Part shown: piece after piece, positions 48,985 through 59,300 of the stretch
Layout: each line of letters begins with the position of its first letter
Position numbering within the stretch: the stretch's first letter is position 1
NCBI GenBank assembly: GCA_048013815.1
Contig: CM106586.1
Coordinates: forward strand, 17,732,001 to 17,796,000
From: Setoptus koraiensis
Taxonomy: Eukaryota; Animalia; Arthropoda
Direction of reading: 5' to 3'
DNA length: 64,000 nucleotides
Made by a program: the position numbers and the translations under genes
The notes under the pieces: model-generated
Seen by the model: the letters and a program-made list of their open reading frames with translations, nothing else
What the model was told of the DNA's origin: nothing
The model's database searches: none

Positions 48985-51352
48985 TACCACCCCAAATAAA
49001 GATCTTTATTTAATTTTGATACACTGCTTCTGGTGTTCTCTTACCCTCGCTTATCTATCTACAACGAATATCTAAGGTAACTTTCAAAGTTTCCAACAAC
49101 TAACCTCGACTTACTTTATACTCATCAAACAGAGTCTTGGTTAATGTACATCGTCTTTGCTTTGGTGTTTGATGACTGCATCTATATAACTGAACACTAA
49201 GCTGCAGTTATATAATTGCGATGGCATAACTAGCCAAATGATACTGCTTGTGCATACACAAAAGTACACAACGGAATAGTGCGTGAAAATACTGCTGTTG
49301 TGCGTATATGCAGTCGTTATGTAATCGCTGGCTTGCTAGTGAATAGTGATACAGTTGCTGTGTCAGTGGTGACAGTGACAAGAGAGGGACAACAATAAGC
49401 AGTATTTTAGGGTTATCCAGACAAGACAAACAAATCGAACGATTATTGTGTCTTTATTGCCCTCTATCACCACACACACACACTTCTTGCGCCCTGTGAG
49501 AAAGATAGGGTAGCATCGTCATCGCTAGCGCCATAAGCAGTTACTTCCTAGCGTCATAAAACTATTTTTGCTGGATGCCGAACCTCAGTGTATTAATATT
49601 GGATCTTAAGCTTGAAATTAGCAGTAGCAGCAGCGACGGCATCGTTTTCATCATCTATTGACGCACTGTTTGAAATATTATACAGCTGCGTATTGTAGGA
49701 TAAGAGTCGAGACAAGATAGCATAGAGATACATAAGAACACACATTGACCTCATTGTGTGTGAGAAGGGGGAAATAAAATCTTCGAGATCTTTGCTGTCG
49801 TTACGCAATCAAAATCTGTAGGATGAAAATTAGATGATTACGATGTCAACAACTCTGATTGATTGAACAACTTTCAACAATAATAATACGCTATGGTCAC
49901 AAATCAGAGGCGGCATAATTATGCAGTTCGCTAAAAGAATATTGCTATTGCAAATCGTCATTGTAATCAATATGAATGTAACGCTTATATATTTAAACAG
50001 ATGATATCAAAAGGGCATTGTAGCGAATATCAACAATACAAAAATAAGTATTAGTCGGAAATTTGCAGTTTGGCAAAACTCTGTGAATATCATTTAGTTT
50101 ATTGTCAAATAAGAGGACATTCTCTTATATTTTCTAATGACCGCAAGTTTAGGATATTTAGAATATTGGGTCCCACGATTATAGGATGATAGGAATGTAT
50201 TGGAAGGACCAAAAGGCATCTTGTCAACAGCGACCTATTGTTGTTGCATAACAAAATTGTCTCAGATTTTATCAGAGGACAATTTTTATTTATATTCAAA
50301 AATAAGAAGAAATTGATAATCAATTATCTCAGTATGAAATAGAAACCCATTCGAAGAAATCATTATTTTTTTTAACGCCAATTAGATAAAAACAAATATC
50401 AAGGATATATTAGAGGTGATATATAGATTTATGTTAGATATTATTGGCGCCCGGAAGAGAATGCAGCCAACAATATCGAAAAGCTTCGGCATGACAGGTT
50501 CGTTACATAGGTGGACACCTTCAAACAAGCTTAGGTGAGTCTCGTAACTATTCTAACAAAATAGATGCACATAGAAGAAATACAGTCGAGTCGCTATATT
50601 CGCGCCTGAATTTCAGTCGGATATAATAACAAGCGAGTGGACTTTTAAAAAGTCTTCATTTCAACGATAGTAGTTGGTCAATAGCAGATATGATGTGGCG
50701 ATATGCCATCTATTGTTTAGATCATCAATCAGAATACAAAGTTCACATGAATCGACAGATTGAACAATTGAATCAGATCACAACATAGACAACAAATAAT
50801 CGCTATCGGTTAAATCAATTTGTGCTGCTTTTTTTACTTCTGGCCATGGTAATAAAAAAAAGTTATGGATCATTACAAATGAGACACGCTGAAACTACAG
50901 TACACCACAAATAACAAGAACGCCGTTGCCCTGTCCTATCCGACTACTAGCTAACCACTCATTCCTCTATATATCTATCTTTCCATCTATCCATCAAAAG
51001 AAACATGATGATTAATAAGCACTAATATTTCAAAGACACAATAGACTATTTCAGCGTGCATTAGAATCAGCTGACTAGGACAGAAATTGCAAAATTATCA
51101 TTTGTGTATCCATCGTAACTAACAATATACACAAGCACACATATATAGAGGCACACATATACTACACGATTACACAAGTGAAAGTACCTGAACTGTTACT
51201 ATCACTATTACTTAATACTTCAAGATCATTATTATTATATTATTATTATCATCATTTTTGTCACTATTATTATTATTACTATTATTATTATTGATAAAAA
51301 ATTTAATTACATAATCAAACAGAGATACACCCAATATTATATACAAATCAAA

Positions 51353-53409
51353 ATGATGGGCCCCACATCAGATGAGCAAGCGCAACCTCAGGCGGATCAG
51401 GCCCAATCACAGCAACCACCATCATCACAACAGATTGTGTCAACTGCTGAAAATATATCACCGCCCTCTACAGATCTAGTGAATATCACCTCTTCCAATA
51501 GTCACAGTAGTGATAAAATCAAACTCGAAGATGAGGAGGCCAACGCTCTGGATAAATCTGCCGATGGAAGATTCTTGAAATTTGAGGAGATAGGTCGAGG
51601 CTCGTTCAAGACAGTATATAAAGGAATAGATGTACTTTCAGGAGTTGCAGTGGCTTGGTGTGAGCTTCAGGTAACATAACTGTTTGGTTCTGAACAGGAG
51701 GCTCTTTCGGGCTGGTCAAATCGATATTGGAGTCATACATTTGATGAAGCCACCCATTTTTAGAACTTTTCACTTATCTTTCTTTCATTTTATGCTTTTT
51801 TTTAACAATAGGAACGTATGAACAAAAACGAACGCCAGAGATTTCGTGAAGAAGTTGAAATGTTAAAAGGATTACAGCATCCGAATATTGTTAGATTCTA
51901 CGATTATTGGGAGGTTAACTCTTCGAAAAGGATATATCTCGTTCTCATAACTGAACTAATGACGAGCGGAACTTTAAAAACGTGAGTTGGCCACCAGCCT
52001 TATCGTCGTTTATCTTATCTGCTGCTGCAACATATCTCCATTAAGTATATGATTGTCTAACATTGAATCTAATCTAAACATGATCTTGTTATCATGTGCC
52101 ATCGTTATGTCTGGCAAAGTCATCGACCGCTGAGTTACTATGACGGATCTAAACACTCTCCATGATTGATAAATATCTAAAATATGGAAACTTTTTATTC
52201 TTATCATCTATCGTAATGATAATTTTAACTAATTATAGGTATCTGAGACGATTTAAAAAAATTAACCTGAAAGTTTTGAAGTCTTGGTGCCGCCAAATCC
52301 TAAAAGGGCTCAACTTTTTACATTCAAGAACACCTCCCATTATCCATCGCGATCTGAAATGCGATAATATTTTTATTACCGGCACCACGGGTTCTGTAAA
52401 GATAGGAGATCTTGGTTTAGCCACACTTAAAAATCGCTCTTTCGCAAAATCAGTCATAGGTACGCCGGAATTTATGGCACCAGAAATGTATGAAGAACAT
52501 TATGATGAAATGGTTGACGTCTATGCGTTCGGTATGTGCATGCTAGAAATGGCTACCAGTGAATATCCATACAGTGAATGCACAGGGCCGGCTCAAATCT
52601 ATAAGAAAGTAACGACTGGTGTGGCTCCGCAAAGTTTCAACAAGATTGAGTGCCTAGAGATTCGTGATATCATAGGACGGTGCATTAGGTTGAAAAAAGA
52701 CGAACGACCCACCGTCAAAGATTTGTTGAAAATGGACTTTTTTCAAGAGGACACTGGTTTCAAAGTAGAATTTGTAAATAGAGATGAAAGTGTCAACAAC
52801 TGTGATCCTAAAGTAGAACTTAGATTGCGTGTCACCGATCCAAAAAAACGTAAAGACAAACACAAAGAAGATGAGGCAATCCAGTTTGATTTTGATATAG
52901 ATAATGACAACGTTGATGAAGTTGCTGGAGCATTAGTTACAACAGGTATCATACTTGAAGAGGATGTTAGAACAGTTAGTGGACTCATAAAGAATCAAAT
53001 AAACCTACTTGTCAAAGATCGACACCAACAAAGCGATCATCAAAGTCATTCAGATGATCTTAAACATGAATTGGAGAAGCTAGGTCAATGTCAAAGCAAT
53101 AGGCAGCAGCATCAACAGCAGCAACAACCTCAACAACAAATACAGCATCAACAATCACAACAACAACCAGTTCAACAGCCAATTCAACAGCCAATACAGC
53201 AAGTACAACAGCCAGCACAACAATCGACACAACAATCAACGCAACAGTCATCACAACAAGAAACACATCAACAAACTCCGATACAGCAGCTTCAGCCGCA
53301 AACCCAAACAGAGCAACAGAACTCGATACAACAGCTTCAGCAGCAAATTCAAAACCAACAACACCCACATGAACAACTTTATTGTATTTGTAATCCCCCA
53401 ACACTATAG
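51353..53409 (+). CDS. WNK: WNK kinase, short form of about 552 aa; join(51353..51670,51812..51981,52239..53409)
   Basis: '[20 protein letters not shown]', 'VAWCELQ|[28 protein letters not shown]...[13 protein letters not shown]|TYLRRF', '[15 protein letters not shown]', '[16 protein letters not shown]', then the autoinhibitory PF2-like domain and poly-Q. Both introns are GT..AG with compatible phase. Confidence 0.93.
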
Positions 53410-53423
53410 CCATTACACAAAAA

Positions 53424-54518
53424 CTAAAAGTACATGTCATCTTCATAATAGTCATCATCTGGTATGGTATCAATGGGAGGCATAAGGTTGTTCTTAAAAA
53501 TAATCATAAATTTAGCTACAAAGGCTTCAAAATGATAGATTCTTTTTGACCCAAGTCTCATGTTGTGCTCATAGCACGCAGCTAATTCAAGCAACGAATG
53601 TTTTGTCCTTTCGTCGCCACATTTTAGCAATTCTATAACGATATGTTTGAATATTAATTCTGGTGGTATTAAATGAGCCTCGAGTTCATAGAATGCACTT
53701 CTAATTTCTACCAATTGCCGAACAGTTTGAGAATGTATTATCATCTTGGCGGTCCTCCGCACAAATTCCAACCAAGCGGGTTGAGCCAGTTCCTGATTAC
53801 CCGCCAAACCTCGTACTTTCATCGTTTCCAACATGAGTAAGGCTCTTCGAAGGTTCCTGTTTGATTCTTGGGCTATACGTTCAGCCAGTTTTCGATCTAA
53901 AAATTTGCATTGCTCTGCTGAACCAACAGTCATCAGTATTTTAACGATCTCTTCCTCTTTTGGGGCTCCTACACGTATCAACAGACATCTAGACTTAATG
54001 GGAGCAATGATCCTACTAGAAGATTCGGCACATAATATTAAACGGCATGTCGACAAATACTTTTCCATAGTCCTCCTCAGGGCATGTTGAGCATCTTTCG
54101 TTAGGCAATCTGCATTAACTATAACCACAGTCTTAAAGCTAATACTGTTGTTGTGCAATGAGGCACAACTGGCCGTTTGCTTGATCAATTCTTGAATGAC
54201 AATCTTGTCATAGATACCAACATCGCTGGGATTGACTTCTATGTGGTAGTTGGAATTTATAGTTTTCAATTCAATCTTCTTCTTTGATGGGGTCTCAAAA
54301 GTCTCATTCTGAAAGTGTACCTTTTCCACAGAAGCTCCATAGATTTCTTTGAGTATCAAGTCGATTCGGGTCTTTTTGCCGGCTCCATTAGGACCAAAAA
54401 TAAAAAGGTTTGGAAAGTCGCCGCTATTGATTAGGTTTTTCAGGTGAGTAGCCTGGCTCTTATGATAGTCCAAATTTGATAATGAGGTAGGTTTGTACTT
54501 ATCACAGAAGAGTGCCAT
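53424..54518 (-). CDS. RFC3: Replication factor C subunit 3 (38 kDa; yeast RFC5)
   Basis: 'MALFCDKYKP', 'GDFPNLFIFGPNGAGKKTRI', 'SNYHIEVNPSDVG', 'LTKDAQHALRRTMEKY', 'HNMRLGSKRIYHFEAFVAKFM'. Likely ATG at 54518. Confidence 0.95.
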   Translation of the reverse strand: MALFCDKYKPTSLSNLDYHKSQATHLKNLINSGDFPNLFIFGPNGAGKKTRIDLILKEIYGASVEKVHFQNETFETPSKKKIELKTINSNYHIEVNPSDVGIYDKIVIQELIKQTASCASLHNNSISFKTVVIVNADCLTKDAQHALRRTMEKYLSTCRLILCAESSSRIIAPIKSRCLLIRVGAPKEEEIVKILMTVGSAEQCKFLDRKLAERIAQESNRNLRRALLMLETMKVRGLAGNQELAQPAWLEFVRRTAKMIIHSQTVRQLVEIRSAFYELEAHLIPPELIFKHIVIELLKCGDERTKHSLLELAACYEHNMRLGSKRIYHFEAFVAKFMIIFKNNLMPPIDTIPDDDYYEDDMYF

Positions 54519-55557
54519 GACTGTTGAATGTGGTTGGTTACAATAATAAAATAATAATGATACTAATTTTTGATCCAACTAACAATAATGTGTAATGTAT
54601 TGAATCACGAAAATTGATTTCTTTAATCAGTTGAGATGGGCTATATCACACACGCGCAACAACTGTTGATAGGCGCATGTATTCAATACAATAGCAGCGT
54701 GTGCACCGAGCGCGACGAGTGCCGTTCGCCAGTTGTGCTTTTTGAATGACAGAGCCACAAGATAATCTCACTTTGGCGTATCGATGTGCGCCGGCATGCA
54801 GTTGAGCGCCATGAGATGGCGCGAACGGGCAAAAGATTGTGCTGCTTGTTGATTCACAATCAATTGTTGATGATGCCACCGATGATTATGTTGGCAAACG
54901 AAAAATATTTAAGCAGATGCGACAGGGAGATGTCGAATGTGTGTGCAGCAGCGCACACACAATGTTGAGTTATTAATCTGCGTGCGTGCATTTGTCCCCA
55001 CAAGCAGTTGGCGGCATCATTGATTTGTCCAACAATTCAGTTCAGTTTGGTTGTGAGTTTGGTTCAACTCGGCTCATCTTGCAAGTTGCAACCTTGGCCA
55101 AAGCGACCATTAGCGGGGAAGGAGGCAAAAAAAGAAGGAGCAAAAGAATTGGTCGTTGTTATACGAAGCAGCGGAGGGAGCAGCAGCGCGAGAATAAAGA
55201 CGCTAGCGGAGGGTCATATATTATGGCTGATTGGAGGACGAGTGCAAATTCCTTAGTTATCGTCTCTCAGTCGATGACCAGATGTCGTTGGTGGTGGTTG
55301 TGGTGGTGGTGGCGGTGGTGGTGGTGGTGCGAGTGCTAGTGCTGCTAGTGCATGATGGTGCCGTCGATGTTATTGTTGGACACAAACTTGATGCTGCTTC
55401 AACTGCTGCAATAATGGCAGCGGCAGCGGCAACAACAACAACAATGGGGGATGAAGGCGAAGAAGAAGAAGGAGACAACGAGAAAGCAATCGAGGGGGTA
55501 GGTGCAATTTGACCCTCGTTCAGCAACACGAACAACAACAAGGCATTCAAATGAGAC

Positions 55558-55582
55558 CGTGGGAACCATGTGATCGTGAGAA
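55558..55582 (+). promoter_or_regulatory. Two Su(H)/CSL consensus sites (CGTGGGAA, CGTGAGAA) flanking an E-box (CATGTG)
   Basis: Exact YGTGRGAA matches at 55558-55565 and 55575-55582, about 800 bp upstream of the Notch ATG. Confidence 0.45.
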
Positions 55583-56381
55583 TGCCTATATGGTGTGATA
55601 GTTGGTAGATGGTAGTGGCTGCTGGCGGTGCGGCTGGCGCTGCTGCTGCACACAAACACATAAACGGCACAGCCGTTGCCAATTGGACGTTGGAAGTTGT
55701 TGCTCGCCTGTTTATAGTTGTTGCTGTTGCTGATAGCAGTTTTCGTTCATTTCTCCCAATTCACTCTCTACAGTTTGTCTGTCTGTCGGTTTGTTAGTTC
55801 GATGGTCCGTCCGTCCCTCCAAGTCAAATAAAGTGTGTGTGTGTGTGTGCAAGTCTTTGTTCGTTGCACGTCCGTCCGTCCGTCTCTCGTTGTGTGTGTG
55901 TGTGTGCCTATGAGCGCAAGCAGGTCTGTCTGTTACCGCCGCTGCCACTGCCACCAAATCGAATTGAATTGAATGTTTTAGAATATAGAATATTGTTGTT
56001 CAATAATAGCAACACACACACACACACACACACACTACATATAACTTATCTGCCATCTTAATTCAGCCTTATATAATAACAATAATTAAAAGAAGAGACA
56101 TTAATACAAGTTGCATCACTTGAACAACCAAAAGAAAAATGTCCAACAACAATTATTCGATTAGAGTTTCGCTGCAAGCTAGTAGCTAATTCGACAACAA
56201 TAGTAATGCGTCTGCTATAGACCTAATATAATTAATTGTGCTATATCTCGCGTAAGCTAAGCAGAAATTTGATGATTTCAGCGCACACACACACAAATAA
56301 GTTCTATTAGTTCATAGTTAAATCATTCTATTCTTCCGTTATTGATCTATTATTGAGCACGCATTATCACAAATTCAAATC

Positions 56382-59300
56382 ATGAAGTTTAAACATCTTT
56401 TAACGTACTTTTGTACGATGTCATCGCTACTATTAACAGTAATATTATTTATAGTTGTCACCAATGGTAATGAAATTCCTAATTATAATTATAATCACAA
56501 AAACTTCAATCAAGCAAGAGATAATCAGCATTTCAGAGAGTCAAACGCCGAAAAGGAACTAGTGAAACTCGACAGAAATAATTTACTTCGGGCTTCGCCT
56601 CACACCTTACAATATCATACGGCATCACCGCAAGCTGGCCCCCATCACATTAGTCCAACTATAGTAACCAACAACAAAAATCATCATTACTCACTCTTGA
56701 ACAACAATCCATGTCATGATAATCAACAATGTTTGAATGGCGGCGAATGTATCCCAATAGTGTCTAATTACCAAAAATTATTCCCACTTAATTCGACATC
56801 ATTGACAACATCACAATCGTATCGCTCAACTACCAACGATGATGATCTATTCTATTGCAAGTGCCCAATTTCCTATGTTGGCGATTTCTGTCAATTCTCC
56901 AATCCGTGTTATTCAACAAAATGCCAAAATGGTGGCACTTGTATAGTACATCAATCGGCCAACATTTATGAGGCGCCTCGTTTCTCATGTAAATGTGCCA
57001 TTGGTTACACGGCCAGCTTATGCGAGATAGCGCAACCGTCCATATGTCGCAACAATAACCCCTGCCTTAATGGAGCCACTTGTCAACTAACAACATCCGT
57101 CAATGATTACAAATGCATTTGTGCCGATGGTTATCGTGGTCAACATTGTCAAGACATCGATCATTGTAAGCCAAATTCTTGTCACAATCAAGGCAAATGC
57201 ACCAGCACCGAAGATTCATTTTACTGCAACTGTACACAAGGTTTCACAGGAGAGACTTGTCTCGAAGATATTGATGAATGTGCACTTGAAAGTGATACAG
57301 ACAACCAACAACACGACAATGCTATTATAACAGATCTAAATTTGCATGCCTCTTTGAAGAATTATCATCACAAATTGAGCAACGACAATACCTCCTTAGC
57401 ACGTGTTGATCACGAAAAAGGTGTCTGCGGTCAACATGGAAGATGCTTCAATACATTGGGTTCATTCAGATGCGCTTGTGAACGAGGTTGGACAGGGCCC
57501 CGATGTGAAAGTCGCTACATACCTTGTGACCCATCGCCTTGTCTGAATGGTGGAACATGCTCTCAAGATCTCACCACACTTTTTTACAGGTGTTCCTGTC
57601 CATCGGGTTTCAATGGTACACATTGTGAATTAAATATAGACGATTGTGGATCACATCAATGCCAAAACGGAGCAACATGTATAGATGGTATTAATAGCTA
57701 TGCATGTGCATGCCCGTCTCAATTCAATGGAACTTACTGCGAGGGAGACGTAAATGAGTGCGAGCGAAGGCCTAACCTTTGCCGTAATGGCGCTACATGT
57801 TACAATAAAGTCGGCGGTTACGATTGTATATGTGTAAATGGCTGGACTGGACATGATTGTAGTGAAAACATCGACGATTGTGCAGCGGCTTCATGTCTCA
57901 ATGGAGCAACTTGCATAGATCGTGTTGGTGGTTTCGCTTGTGAATGCCCGCCAGGAAAAACGGGATTATTGTGTCATCTAGAAGATGGATGCTTCACCAG
58001 ACCGTATGAAAAAAGTCCTTGTAGCCCTAATTCAACATGTGATAGTTCACCGGTAGACGGTTCGCCGATTTGCACATGTCCACAAGGTTTCGAAGGTGCA
58101 GATTGTTCCACAGACATCGATGAATGTAAAGCCGGTTCACCTTGTGAGCATGGGGGATCCTGTGTCAATACTCCAGGATCTTTTAGATGTGACTGCCCGG
58201 TAGGTTTTAGTGGTGCACGTTGTGAAATCAATATCAATGAATGTGACGCTCATCCTTGCCAACATCTTGGAACATGCCTGGATGAACGCGGTGGATATCG
58301 CTGTGTTTGTGCTCGAGGTTACACAGGTTTACAATGTGAAATAGATATTGACGAATGCGCATCGAATCCGTGCCAAAATAATGCCACTTGTGACAATTTA
58401 GTAGATGCATTCAAATGCTACTGTCCAAGTGGTTACTCGGGTGAACGATGTGAGCTACCGAATATTCAGGAATTCAATAACATCGAGCCGCACGCCTTAC
58501 TTACCATTATAAGAGAGCCTGCTTATATCACCGAACATGAATCGTATGAATTGATACGAAAGCTATCTTCCGAAACTGGTACAATATTGACGCTGCAAGG
58601 CTTCCGAACAGTGGACAATGGAGGCAAAACTGAGTTGGAATTAAAAGTAGATAATGATAAATGTCGTGGAAAATGCATCAGCACAATAGAGGATCTTATA
58701 GAAAGAATTGAACGCATAACTGAGAATATCCCTAACGAACATTTGAGAATCAAATCATCATTATTGAATCCAGAACCTGAGCCTCCGCAAACTTATCAGT
58801 GGTTCGTTCTCACTTTAGCGCTCATTACATTATTCAGTGTTATATTTTTGGTCGCATCAGGTAACAGGCAAAAAGTCAAAGCGAAAGCCATCACATGGTT
58901 CCCTGAAGGTTTCTTCGAAACAAGTAAGTGCGCTGGCGCACGAAGAGATCCGACATCTAAGACAGGAAAACTTGGTGTGAGCACGCTTCAAGCATTGAAG
59001 GGTAATTTCTGTCGTCAGGGAGGTCGCGCTGATCAAAGAGGAGCCCGGACAGTATCCGGCCGAGGAATTCTCAAAACTAATACCACAGGTATGACTGAGA
59101 TCCCCCAAAATAATGGAGGCATTTATAATGAACCATATGAATCATATAGCGATTGGCAATCGCAACAGTATGAATCGTGCGGTAACACTGAAAATGAGTC
59201 CATGGCCACAAATCGACACCCAATGACACCACCCACAATGGACATTAATCCAGTTGACATAGAAGGGCCCCATGGTATGACTCCACTAATGGTGGCCTCA

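Noticed and set aside
50581-50605. TA-CAGTCGAG as a Tc1/pogo-type terminus
   Set aside because: No matching inverted end found nearby.
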